From: Eledone cirrhosa
Lineage: Eukaryota
Direction of reading: 5' to 3'
NCBI GenBank assembly: GCA_964016885.1
Contig: OZ024744.1
Span: forward strand, 67,518,001-67,582,000
Length of the DNA stretch: 64,000 nucleotides
This document shows positions 30,017-43,916 of the stretch, in pieces. The first letter of the stretch is position 1. Each line of letters begins with the position of its first letter. The notes beneath the pieces are model-generated. The model did no database searches. It worked only from the letters and a program-made list of their open reading frames with translations, and was not told where the DNA came from. The position numbers and the translations under genes are program-made.

Positions 30017-30622
30017 GGTGGCTGCCAACTCGTTTTCGAGTACGGCCACTACTTTATATCCATGTAGGAGAACCCCTACCGATGCGCTGAACGAGTGTGA
30101 CTTTTTAGTCCAGCCAGCGACTTGAAAACTGGCACAATCACTACACTTGTGACAATTATTGACACATAGTGTTGGGCCCATGGTACCACGTGATGACAAA
30201 TGCAGAGAGATCTCCAGATATAAAGCAATGCCTGTGCTGTGAAGCTTTTATAGTGAGCAAAGGCACTGCACAAAGCCAGTCCCACTCTCTTAACCAAGAT
30301 GATATTTACCAAAAAGAAGAACTAGTCAACATCATTGGATACCATCAGGGTTGCAGGTGTTATATCAGAGTTTTCCTTCTCCTAGAATTCTGCCTTGACA
30401 AAGGCTAAGGGGTCATCTCTCCCGGTGATTTTAGATGGCCATTGACTCTTAAGAGCTCCTTTGCCCTTTTGACAGGTTTTGTTTTTAGTCCTGTAGGATG
30501 TCCAAAGTCACCCTCCTCACCAAGAAACCTTGGTGGGGTTGCCAGTTTAGTCGCCAACGACCCGACCATGAGACAGGTTGTACTGGGATACATGTTACCA
30601 GTAGCACCAACTGGTGACCTGA
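30017..30622 (-). mobile_element. ~600-bp non-coding interspersed element; second copy on + at 36413-37013, partial relatives at ~29457-29925 and 55250-55430
   Basis: The two copies are highly similar with matching ends (GTCAGGTCACCAGTTGG ... TTGGCAGCCACCA), and both are embedded in (TA)n/(CATA)n. Confidence 0.75.
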
Positions 30623-30674
30623 CATATATACATACATACATACATACATACATACATACATACATACATACATA

Positions 30675-33600
30675 ATACGAGCTTAACAAAGTATTATATG
30701 AAGCATACAAATAATCTGAACCCCAAAAGTTCGGTTTTATGCAAAGGCTAAAAACTTTATGGAAATCCAAACACCCAGAATTAGACTTTTCTCCAAAGCA
30801 TTTATATGAACAGGCAAAACGTATCATTAGATGTAAATTGATACATCTAACGGAATTGAGTGATACTACAAATACAGCCCTTGTAGACAACCACGCCACC
30901 TCCCCTGACAGACAAAGAGAATGGCCAGCTAAATCTAACAGTGAACAGCTCACCAACAATTTTGCTGAAATCCATCCCACTTCCACTGAAGAACAGCGAG
31001 AAAGGTCAGCTAACTCTAGTAGTAATTGTCACCACATCAACAACTAGGCTGAAATTCATGACTCTACTGTACAAACAGAACACCAAAAACTTGTGGGCAC
31101 CCTACAAGTGATATGGAACGATATGTTTCAAGAGATACACAGCCTTAATGTGAGTGACAGACCATACAACACCAGAATCAGTAAAGAACCCACTAAATTG
31201 GAATTGGAAGCAGTGAACGAAATAGCTGGCAATTATCTGAAGGCTATACGATCTAAAGGTGTAGAAACGCCATTTGAAACGCTTAATGTTTTGTTATATG
31301 TTTCAGCTGTCACATTGCTATCATATAACACACATCTAAAACCACGCAAACAAGATACAAACAGAAAGCCTGAACCAGCGTGGATGCGAAATTTAAAAAG
31401 CAAAATTTTGTCCCTGAGACGAAGTATCTCACACAACGCAGTGGTTATGAAATGCAACATAGAGAGCAACTTCACACGACACCAGGAATTCCTAAAAATA
31501 AAAGTTAGAGACGATTTGGAGATACAAAATTTAAAACTTTGAACTCCAAATTACACCAGTTGAAACAACAACTCACAGCTACAACAGAAAGACTAAAATA
31601 TAAGTCAACAGCACATAAACGACAAGTGCTAAATAGATTGTTTGCCAGAGATCCTAAATCAGTTTATCGCAGCTTCGGTGGCAAAAGCTCAATCCCTGTA
31701 AATGACACCCCTTTAAAAGAACAGGTTGAGAGCTACTGGAGATCTGTATGGGAAACGGATGACGGATTCAACAGACAAACTAATTGGCTAAAAGAACTGG
31801 AACAGGACTACTGCCAACATGTCCAGACAAAACAATATGACATAGATGGATCAATACTGGAAACAGCTCTACAGAAAATGTCGAATAGGAAATCGCCAGG
31901 CCCAGACCTCATTAAAGGATACTGGTTGAAGAATTTCACTTTCTATCGGCAAGATCTCATACGGCTGTTTACAGAAACCATTAAAGGCACACAAGAACTG
32001 CCCAGATGGTTATCAACTGCCACTACTCTCCTCATTCCCAAAAATAGCCAAACCACCCTTGCTAAAAATTACCGCCCAATAGCCTGCCAAAACATCATGT
32101 ATAAATTATATACTGGGTGCCTTAACCTGTTCTTACAGGATCACTGTGCTACCAATAACATCATAACACCTGAGCAAGCTGGTGGAAAGAGGGAGGTGTG
32201 GGGTTGCATAGATCACCTACTAACTAACAAAATGATTCAGGAAAAAACAACAAAGAATCGCAGAAACATGACTGTGGTGTGGCTGGACTATCAAAAAGCA
32301 TTTGATAGTGTACCTCATGGGTGGATTATTAAGGCTTTACAGTTAGCCAGAGTCCCACAACCATTGGTAGCTGCTGTTGAACGCCTGACCAAGAACTGGT
32401 ACACCAATTTGATCCTGAGAGGTGAGAAGGAGCAAGTTAAGACTGATAAGATACATTACCAGAAGGGTATCTTTCAGGGTGATAGCTTGTCAGTGCTACT
32501 CTTCGTTCTCTCACTGAATCCACTATCTTACCTACTCAGGAAACAAGGTGGACAAAGAAGTGGGCCCAGAAGTATCTCCCATCTTTTCTTTGTTGACGAC
32601 CTGAAGTTGTATGGGCCAAATATCAATGACATCAAGAAATAATTGGACCTCATTACACAATTTTCAACAGACATCAAAATGAAATTTGGTGAGTCCAAGT
32701 GTGCATATTTGGCAGTAAAACGTGGAAGAGCTGTGCCCTCCTCTAGAAATCTAGAGATGAACGGCCTGACAATACAACCTCTACAGTCAGGTGACAACTA
32801 CAGATATCTTGGACAGGATGAGAATGTCAGATATGATGGACCCATAAATAAGGAGAGAACCAGAACTGAATACCTCACAAGAGTAAAGAAAATATGGTCA
32901 TCAGAACTGTCAGCGTACAACAAATACATTGCCCACAATACTTATGCTGTGCCAATTCTAACGCCAACATTTGGCCTGCTGAACTGGTCATTGCAAGAAC
33001 TAAGTGAGATGGATGTTAGAACTCGCAAACTTCTCAGTGTTACTGGGAACTTTAACATCAATGGTGATGTAGATAGGCTATACTTCTCACGCAAGGAAGG
33101 TGGCCGGGGTCTAAAATCAATATTAACAACATATGATACCCGGATAGTAACACTGAAGCAACACCTTCAACAGAGGAAAAAGGTTGGCAACCATCTTGCC
33201 CAGGTTTATGAGCATAAAAAAAAATATCATTAGAATAGCGACTGATCTGGAGGAGAGATATGGAATAAAGCCTGATATAAATCTCTCACCCAGAGAAATC
33301 GGAAGATCCTATTCAATGTTCAAACAAGATGAAAAAATTGACCAATTTACAGAAAAAGTTGTGCATGGATACTTGAGACGTACCATAGAGGGGATAAACT
33401 ACTCAAAAAGCCTGGCATGGAGTTCCGACAAGTTTATGACATCACACCTTGAGGGATATCTCTATGCAGTACAGGAACAAGAACTCCCTACCAAATATCT
33501 GGTGCACAAAAGGGGAGGCCAGCAGCTGACAATAAATGTAGGCTATGTAAAACAAAGATCGAGGATGTAAGCCACATTGTTGCCAGCTGCGAAAGAATGT

Positions 33601-34190
33601 CATCTCGCTACTACCTCCCCATGATACACGATGGGATAGCTAGAACCATCTGGAACGCACTTCGGAAAACAAAATTAACAACAAACGAGGAAGAATATAT
33701 TGAGACAGATGGTACTAAGGAATACTGGTGGAACCTGAAAATAAAAACTGCCACCAAATTAAAACACAACCGGCCTGATATTGTTGTTTGGACCACACAT
33801 TGAAAACGTGTTCTGTTGTGGAGATCAGCTGCCCACTTGATGTAAACGTTGTCAGAAAAATACAGGAGAAGGAGGACATCTACGGACCATTGATGAGGAG
33901 TTTACAAATCCAGTATCCAAGATACACCTTTAGCTTCATACCCATCATTATTGGAGCTACGGGTTATACACCAACCCGCTTGGACCAAAGTATGACTGAA
34001 CTTGGATTTGCGGACAAAAAGCGCAGCTCCCTAATTCATAGTCTGCAAATGGCTGCGATAGCTGGCACCTTCAAAATTTGCAAAACATTCTTGCGATTCA
34101 AGGGATGACAATTTCTTTTCATTTACAACCTTGCCATCAGGAAGGTGGCCGGTCAAAAAAATATACTCAAAATTAAGAGAAAGAGATAAC
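30675..34190 (+). mobile_element. Second R4/Dong-type RLE LINE copy, 5'-truncated
   Basis: Colinear and highly similar to 22078-25587, with GIFQGDSLS and FVDDLKLY. Flanked by (CATA)n at both ends. Confidence 0.92.
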
Positions 34191-34740
34191 ATACATACAT
34201 ACACACACACATATACACACACAAGCCGGCGTTGGTGTTTAATGAGGTTGAGAACTGGTCAGCTCTCAGCCAGAGCTGTGGTATTAAATCTCTCTAGGAA
34301 ATAAAATCTGGAAATAAAATTCTCTCCTTACCAAAGAAAAAAACATAAATCATGTCAACATCCTTACACACTTAAATAAAAATGCCTGTATATATACAAA
34401 TGTATAAATGCATAGCTATATACATAGGTAAATGTATGTATGTATATATGTATATATGTATGTAAATTTATATATATATATTATACACACACACACACAC
34501 ATATATATATATATTTTTTTTTTTTCAGTCTGGTCTACCTCTGGTGGTAGGGTCCATACCGTAGATAGGACTCAATGTAATCTTGTAAAATCTAAAGAGA
34601 AGTTCTGTGTTTCGCTGAATTAATTCTTTAGATACTGAGTCAGATATTAGGTATTAAATTAACAATAAAAATAAAAACAACAAAATAAAAACAAAGTTAT
34701 AAAGTAACTTGTCTTTGTTCTTTTTATTTTCATTGTTAAC

Positions 34741-34822
<82 letters not shown>

Positions 34823-35124
34823 TATATATATATGCGCAGTGTGACAAGAAGCTTGCTTCCCAACCACATGTTTCCAGGTTCAGTCCCACTGCCCGGGCCG
34901 ACCAAAGCCCTGTGAGTGGATTTGATAGACCGAAACTAAAAGAAGCGCGTCGTATATATGTATTTATGTGTGTGTGTGTCTTTGCGTTTGTGTTTGCCCT
35001 CCCACCAATGCTTGTTGGTTTGTTGACGTCCCCATAACTTACCAAGGTGATGCTCCAGCATGGGCGTAGTCCAGAGAGAGAAAAAAGTAAAGTGTATATA
35101 TATATGTGTGTGTGTGTGTAGAAG

Positions 35125-35526
35125 AGGGGTCTCAAACTCAAGGACATAAAAGGGCCATTACGTCCCGGAGGAGAGGCACTGGGCCAAACGTGGTGGTGGG
35201 TGATGATTTTCACTAGTTATAATCATTTCTACTATAGGCACAAGGCATGAAATTTAGGGTTTAGGGTTCCGTCGATAACATCGATCCTAGTTCACAACTG
35301 GTACTTAATTTATCGACCCCAAAAGGATGAAAGGCAAAATTGAGATCGGCAGAATTTGAATTCAGAACGTAAGAACGGAAGAAGTACCGCTAAGTATTTC
35401 GGCAGATGTGCTAACGATTTCACCAGCTTACTGCCTTATTTTCACCAGTTATAATGGAATATGAAATATTGGTTTTACCGCGGGCCATAGAAAAGTAGTT
35501 CGCGGGCCGCATGTTTGAGTCCCCTG
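35125..35526. mobile_element. hAT-like MITE with a nested SINE (35224-35437, - strand)
   Basis: TIRs AGGGGTCTCAAAC / GTTTGAGTCCCCT. The SINE is bounded by an 18-bp TSD ATTTTCAC[T/C]AGTTATAAT at 35206-35223 and 35438-35455. Confidence 0.65.
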
Positions 35527-35529
35527 TTG

Positions 35530-35603
<74 letters not shown>

Positions 35604-35680
35604 CGTGTACCAAACACACACACACACACACATTTCTTACTCTCTCTGTCTCGCCCTCTTTGTCTCTCTCTCTCTTTCTT

Positions 35681-35760
<80 letters not shown>

Positions 35761-35761
<1 letters not shown>

Positions 35762-36135
35762 GATATTAAATAAATGGAAACTATATTTATAAAACCATAT
35801 TTATTTCATTATATATATTTCAGGGATATCATATTAAAAATATGGTATGCCTTCTTCAGACAAAATACAATATAAACAGTCTTATAAATAGATAGATTTG
35901 ACAGGTATGTCAAATCTATCTATTTATAAGACTGTTTATATTGTATTTTGTCTGAAGAAGGCATACCATATTTTTAATATGATATCCCTGAAATATATAT
36001 AATGAAATAAATATGGTTTTATAAATATAGTTTCCATTTATTTAATATCGTAAATATACTCCAAATACTTGTTGAGTGCTTTTATATCAGTTATAAATAT
36101 TTACTCGTTGTAACCCAACAATTTAAATAAAACTT

Positions 36136-36138
<3 letters not shown>
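35761..36138 (+). mobile_element. Fold-back hammerhead element: arms 35761-35903 / 35908-36050, tail 36051-36138, in (TA)n
   Basis: 143-bp arms with a 4-bp spacer. Same family as 38759-39272. Confidence 0.88.
35944..36009 (+). ncRNA. Type I hammerhead motif (CTGAAGA core); mirror on - at 35802-35867
   Basis: TATTTTGT-CTGAAGA-[helix II with CATATT/AATATG]-GAAA-TATATA-TA-ATGAAATA. Helix I is 8 bp including 2 G-U pairs. Confidence 0.75.
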
Positions 36139-36170
<32 letters not shown>

Positions 36171-36276
36171 CGTTATTATTTGACGTTGTTGAAAAGAGCA
36201 GTGGCCGGCAATAAAAACTGGAGTCAAAATTCTTTCTGTACCAAAAACAAGGCACACACAGACACACACACACACA

Positions 36277-36381
<105 letters not shown>

Positions 36382-37771
36382 CTATCTATGTATATATATA
36401 TATATATATATATGTCAGGTCACCAGTTGGTGCTACTGGTAACATGTATCCCAGTACAACCTGACCCATGGTCGGGCCGTTGGCGACTAAACTGGCAACC
36501 CCACCAATGTTTCTTGGTGAGGAGGGTGACTTTGGACATCCTGCAGGACTAAAAACAAAACCTGTCAAAGGGCAAAGGAGCTCTTAAGAGTCAATGGCCA
36601 TCCAAAATCACCGGGAGAGATGACCCCTTAGCCTTTGTCAAGGCAGAATTCTAGGAGAAGTAAAACTCTGATATAACACCTGCAACCCTGATGGTATCCA
36701 ATGATGTTGACTTGTTCTTTTTGGTAAATATCATCTTGGTTAAGAGAGTGGGACTGGCTTTGTGCAGTGCCTTTGATCACTATAAAAGCTTCATGGCACA
36801 GGCATTGCTTTATATCTGGAGATCTCTCTGCACTTGTCATCACATGGTACCATGGGCCCAGCATTATGTGTCAGTAATTGTCACAAGTGTAGTGTTTGTA
36901 CCAGAGTTTTCATGTCGCAGGCTGGACTAAAAAGTCACACTCGTTCAGCGCATCGGTAGGGGTTCTCCTACATAAAGTAGTGGCCGTACTCGAAAACGAG
37001 TTGGCAGCCACCATATATATATATATATATATATATAAGGGATACAGATATTGTTTGCTCACTGTCACTAAGCATCTCAATTCATTCGTTGCAACTAAGT
37101 TTGTGATCGAGGCACTTTATTTTGCAAGGTACTATTTTCCCCTTGAGTTTGTGATTCAAGAGAAAGGTAAGAAATTCTTCATATTTTGTATCTTTTGTAT
37201 TTTGACTTTACAGTTTGAATTGTAGAATTGTCTATCCACTCAAAATATTACAACAGCTAACAGTGAAATATAGAATTTTTAAACAAAGCTTTTTCGACCT
37301 AGATCAAATCTTTGAGAACATTCACGTCTATTTTTCAAGAATATATAATTTGAAATAGCTTGCTTTTGTTTTGGACTGAAACTTTTTTGTATTTAATTCG
37401 TACGAGTAAGTTTTAAAGATTCTAACATAACTTGAATTGGCCCAGTAATCTACTGATATCAAAGCAGTAGTATATTGAAACATTGAAAAATAGGGTAGGG
37501 GAGGCGTTTCGTGATTTTGAGGGGCAAAGGGGGGCATTTGGCCGAAATGGGTTGAGAATCTTTGCCTTAGATCAAATGGCTTCTTTTGTCCTGCTAAATG
37601 TCGTGTATTTTATTTATTACATTCTTGGCGGTGAGAGGTTAGACCCGCCTAACTGATCCGAAAGTGCCAAGCCACTCAGGCGCGCAAACATGCTATTAAG
37701 AAAGGTTTTGTCCTTATCAACTATTTCCAATCTGTAGAAATATTATTGTACTAAACTTCAATTCAAGAGGG

Positions 37772-37850
<79 letters not shown>

Positions 37851-37854
<4 letters not shown>

Positions 37855-38086
37855 TTCAAAATATTAACAAAAATAGAATTTGTGATCTGATGAGGACGTA
37901 CTGTTGAAGTTAGCTCGGTACCTCTGAAATATGTATAATAAAATATACTTGATCACAAGAATATCTATTTTTGTTAATATTTTGAATTAATATTAATAAC
38001 TCCTAAAAACCATAACTGTTGAGTGCTTCCAATCTATTGTAAAACTAATTCTTTGATTTATTCATTGAACCTTGTTTAACCTTTAA
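37851..38086 (+). mobile_element. Short fold-back element whose inversion point abuts a hammerhead core (CTGATGA 37887-37893, GAAATATGTATA 37926-37937); tail with ACTC...GAGTGCTT
   Basis: 37851-37887 pairs with 37951-37990. Flanked by (TA)n. Confidence 0.75.
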
Positions 38087-38195
38087 ATATATATATATAT
38101 TTCGTTTCTGAATTTGTTTAGCAAGATTCTTTATCTGAAATCGTGTGTTAAAACCGATATTGTTATACTTTGGGAGGGTCGTGTTGCCAAAGTAT

Positions 38196-38758
<563 letters not shown>

Positions 38759-38759
<1 letters not shown>

Positions 38760-39270
38760 CAATATTAAATAAATGGAAAACTATATTTATAAAACCATAT
38801 TTATTTCATTATATATATTTCGGGGATATCATATTAACAATATGCTATGCCTTCATCAGACAAAATACAATATAAACAGTTTTATAGATAAATATATTCG
38901 ACATACCGTAATAAACATCGACTTCATTTGAAGAGGTTTACGCTAGCAGTGGTTGACTGCTAGCGTAAACCTCTTCAAATGAAGTCGATGTTGACTGCTA
39001 GCGTAAACCTCTTCAAATGAAGTCGATGTTTATTACGGTATGTCGAATATATTTATCTATAAAACTGTTTATATTGTATTTTGTCTGATGAAGGCATAGC
39101 ATATTGTTAATATGATATCCCCGAAATATATATAATGAAATAAATATGGTTTTATAAATATAGTTTTCCATTTATTTAATATTGTAAATATACTCCAAAT
39201 ATTTGTCGAGTGCTTTTATATCAGTTATAAATATTTACTAGTTGTAACCCAACAATTTTAAATATAACTT

Positions 39271-39272
<2 letters not shown>
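38759..39272 (+). mobile_element. Fold-back hammerhead element: left arm 38759-38950, right arm to 39185 with a 38-bp tandem duplication at the junction, tail to 39272
   Basis: Hammerheads at 39077-39142 (+, CTGATGA) and 38802-38867 (-). Same family as 35761-36138. Confidence 0.88.
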
Positions 39273-39355
<83 letters not shown>

Positions 39356-40078
39356 ATATCAGATAGGGTGTGATAAAAAGCAGGTAGACCATAACCCACC
39401 AGAGTACTGGATACTTGGGGTAGTAGAGCAGGTAATATGAAAAGATTCTCCAGCTGTTGTATTGATATGAATCACTTACTATAAAATTTCGCCAGGGATA
39501 GATTAGCAAAATTTAATAAGCGGTGGGGAAGGGTTGAAATAAAAACTAAGGGGTTTGGAAAAAATTCTGAAAAATTAATAAAGCAGAGGGGGACGATTAT
39601 TCAAGACCTGAGGGTACTTGAGTGATAGATCTAATCTGTCATCCAATTTAACACACTACCATGCCTCCAGGTATTTTTAGCAGGGTCCAATCTGATGCAA
39701 GCATTTAGGCCAGGTTTTCCAGTTTTGTACTTGTACTTATTTTATCGATCGTTTTTTTTTTATTATTTTGTTCTTATCTTTCTTAGCTTTCTATTGATCT
39801 AATTCTTAACCTCCCCCCCCCCCCTCTCTCTCTCTCTTTCTCCACTGTACAGAATGACAGGGAGAGTGGAAACCAGAGGAGAAAATGAGAAAAATAGTAG
39901 ACATAGACAGATAGGGAGGGGGGGGCGATACTGAAAGAGATGCAGTGAAAGAAAATACACTCCAGAGAGAGAGAGGGGGTGAGTGTGTGTGAGAGAGAGT
40001 GTGTGTGTATCTGTGTATGAGAGAGAGTGTGTGTCTGTGAGGGAGAGAATGAATGTGTGTGTGCGTGAGAGCGAGAGA

Positions 40079-40143
<65 letters not shown>

Positions 40144-40489
40144 AGATAGATAGATAAAGAGAGAGAATGTGTGTGTGAGAGAGAGTGTGCATGTGTGCGT
40201 GTGCGTATGTGAGAGATATATATATATAGAGAGAGATAGAGAGAGAGTGTGTGCGTGTGTGTGCGTGTGTGTGTGTGTGTAAAAGAGAGAATGTGAGAAA
40301 GGGAGAAAAAGTCAAAGAAAGGAGGAGAGCAAAAGTGAAGAGAGAAATAAGAGAACAAATTATTAGAAGAGAAACTTCAGCGCCCCTTGTGGCGTATGAT
40401 TAAGTGTATGGGTCTTCTCTACCCCTCTCCCCGCTTCTTTTTTTCCTTGTGGATTGAAAGTATAGAGCGTCAAAACAAAATACTTCGCG

Positions 40490-40667
40490 ACATAGAGTTA
40501 CAGCCCTTTACGCTCTGAGTTCAATTCCCGCCGATGTTAACTTTGTCTTTCATCCTTGCGGAGTCGATAAAGTCGATAAATAAAGTACCAGTAGTACACT
40601 GAGGTTGATTTAATCCCCTCCCCCATTCCCTTTAAATTGCTGGCATTGTGCCAAATGCAGAAACAAT
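40490..40667 (+). mobile_element. Family A SINE (also ~20875-21010+, 48575-48757-, 59207-59358-, 59590-59786-, 59815-60002+, 61765-61900-)
   Basis: SINE A consensus blocks. Confidence 0.8.
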
Positions 40668-41286
40668 TGGTTTGTTTTTCTCTTTGTTTAATATAAATTG
40701 TGTTTATATACTAATATATGAATTGTATACAGAGGCTGGGATATTGCAAAGAGCTTTGAATATATGTCTAATTGTCTGTTCTTCACTCTTTATATATATC
40801 GTTGTTCTTACCACGCTCTCTTCCTCTGTCGTTCGTTCGCTTCGTTAGTTATCACATCATCCTCTGGACAACGGGAAGTAACTCTTGTAAAACAAAACAA
40901 CACGAAACAAAACAATACAATACAATACAATACAATACAATACAAAACAATACAAAGCAAAACAAAATAAAACAAAACAAAAACAAAAACAAAAAAACAA
41001 AACGTTTTATTCATGATTGATTTTATATCTCAATTTGTGAACAATAGCATTAATTGGTTTGCCACGAACCAATCAGCAGTTCACTTTATTTGTGACATGA
41101 GGATGACTGTAACTTTGTGTAGACAACAAACATCTCAAGAGACTTTGTAAAGCAACGTTTTCTCAACCATCATTACAAGTTTACATCCTTTGGAGATAAT
41201 CACCCAACACACACGCACACACACACACACACATATATACACACACACACATACACACACACACACACACACACATTGTATTCTAC

Positions 41287-41541
41287 CAGAGCGGTGGAAT
41301 CATTTCTGAAATGATGAGGGCGGCTCCAAATTTGATCAATTTAGTTATTAACCAAGATATAATAAAAATTAAAAAAACTTCGATATACGATAAACATAAC
41401 ATGTACATAAATAAATTGTTGCGCATATACAAATAGCAAATAGATGAGTGTTTTGGTAGTTTGGGGTAAAAAATATAATTATTGGGAGGGCCAGGTACCC
41501 CCCCCCCCCTCATCCCTAGCGCCCCCAATTCTACCGCCCTT
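41287..41541. mobile_element. Putative MITE with short TIRs
   Basis: CAGAGCGGTGGAAT at the left end and ATTCTACCGCCCTTG at the right end. Confidence 0.45.
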
Positions 41542-41972
41542 GTCTACACAGTTCCGTCTACGAGATTCTACGAAATTCTATTCAAAATACATTAGTTAAC
41601 TCAGGAATTGTAGTAGACAGACCACACTTTCTCAGCGTGTTACGCAGTAGAAATGGTCTCTGTAACATGCGATTGTCAAACGAACTTCTTCACCACACAA
41701 CAAAGTTTTCTCTCTATTTCGCTTATCTCTCTCTCTATCTATCTATCTCTCTATCAGACGTGTGTAACTTCGCGGAGAAGTTTCCGTTAATTTATGTAAG
41801 AAAAAAACGTTAGTTTTTAGTTAAATTTTATATCATTGTGTAACTTGACCACCCGTCTGGACCTTCAGGTGGTGGGTCAACTCATTTTCGCCCCTACAGG
41901 GGCGGAATAACCATTTAAAAAATTTTTCTCCATCGAATCTTGGAAAAAATATTGTAAAATTTTGATTACGTT

Positions 41973-43633
41973 ATGAACGCTGCGTCCAACGATAATGGTG
42001 GTGGAGAGGCGGTAAGACTACAAAGCTCGCAGTCAACAACGTCTTCTTCACTAGATACTATAGAGATGGAAAGACCAAATGAAAATGTAAAAACGAATTC
42101 ATATCCAAACAGCACAAATGACACCAAACAGTTCAATGACAACAAAAATAACAGCAACACCAATAATGATGATAAAAGCAACAATGATAACAACAACAAA
42201 GAAAAAAATAAAGACAACACCAATAACACCAGCATCAAAGACAACAACAACACCAAGGAAAAGACGAATACTATCAACATCGGTGACAACAAGAATAACA
42301 ACAACAATAACAACAATAATGACAACACCACCAATACGGATTCCACAAAGAAACCAAAAATCTCCTTTGCAGAGAAAGTTCAAAAGAAGGAAGAATTGAT
42401 ATATCTCGACATAAAAAATGCTGAACAACTTTTAAAGGACGCTAGGAGATATGTTACTTTCGGAAAAAATGGTGCTTTCAGCATCAATTCTCCGGTAGAA
42501 ATTCGCAAGGAAACTGCTCTCAAAACGATAGTTTTTAGGACAGTTTCCAATTCTACCCGAAAACTAGTCCAATTGTCACAGAAAGAAATTGAACTGGTTT
42601 TCAAAAATTCAATGAATGATATTGCATTCATTCAAAGAAGTAAACTTTTTGGGAGTATTTCGGTACTCATGAAGGATCAATTGACGGCCCAAAATTACTC
42701 TGTGTCGCCAATTGTATCCAACCTGTACACCTTTTTCCCTACATACATGGGAAAAAGGACACAAAAGATCAGAATCACGAGTGTCACACCAAAGGTGAAC
42801 ATATGGTGGATACTGTGCGGCTTCATCAATTTTGATGAAGACAGAATACTGTCAGTAGGAAAGTCCCCCAGAGATGTATTCAATGGGACTAGCATTGAAG
42901 TTCTGGTGCAAATGAGCCCAGAGCGAATAGCTATGAGCCCACAGCGTGTACTCCTGGATGGACTCACCTACATAAACTTTTCGGTTGAGGGTAGGCGGCC
43001 TTCATGTTACCATTGCTTTAGCAGGGGGTCACCTGTCCTAAATTAATGAACCAAAAAAAGGCTCTTCTGCCGACACCCATCAAAACAACACAACCACCAA
43101 CACCACCACAACAACAACAACACCACCAACACACAAAAATAACCACAACAAACACAGTCCCACCCAACCCCACTCCACCTAAAACCACTGCAAAATCACA
43201 TACAGACACAACAGCTCCCCAAGACATACCCCTCCCCAATCACACAGACGATACAACAGATGAGGCTATCTCGCCATCACCCAGTGAAGACGAGGGAGAA
43301 CCCCATCGCTCGAAAAGAAAGAAAAGACATAACAAAAGCAAAAAAACAGCAAACACTACCACAAACATACAACCACCAACACAAACAACAAAAACATCAC
43401 AAACCAAACCCCCACCTCCTGAAAACAAAATACCTACAACAAAACGAAAGCACACACAAGAACTACAGACAAAAACAAACACAACACAAGAAAATTACAC
43501 TTACACTTACATAAACACTGAAAATAAAACACTAATGGAGACCATCACGAACGACCCTTCGGTTTTCACCGAAGGGAAAACTTTCGCCCACTCTATTAAA
43601 AATAGCAAAAAAACTGAACCTAAAACTGATTAG
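41973..43633 (+). pseudogene. LINE ORF1 (gag-like) with Asn-rich N-terminus, zinc knuckle and Pro/Thr-rich C-terminus; frameshifted at the G-run near 43024
   Basis: VEGRRPSCYHCFSRG(H) zinc knuckle is interrupted by a frameshift; the ORF lies upstream of ORF2. Confidence 0.75.
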
Positions 43634-43916
43634 GGTCCCTATACAAACTTATAGGTCCCTAAAAGAAACATTTGAGAAGGATGTGGGGAATTCCTGCGTG
43701 AAACCACTCAACCGCGTCCTTCTCAAATGCCTCCCCACCCCAGACACCCCCATCCCACCAGACCCCACCCCACCAAACATCTGCGTCCCCACCCCGCCGG
43801 AAACCACCACCCATCCAGACAACCCCTCCAACACCCCCATGGAAATCGTGCGGCCTGGTCCCCAGGAGGCGAAGGGTGAGTGATCTCTTTTCCTCTTTTA
43901 ACTTTTCAGCACCAAC

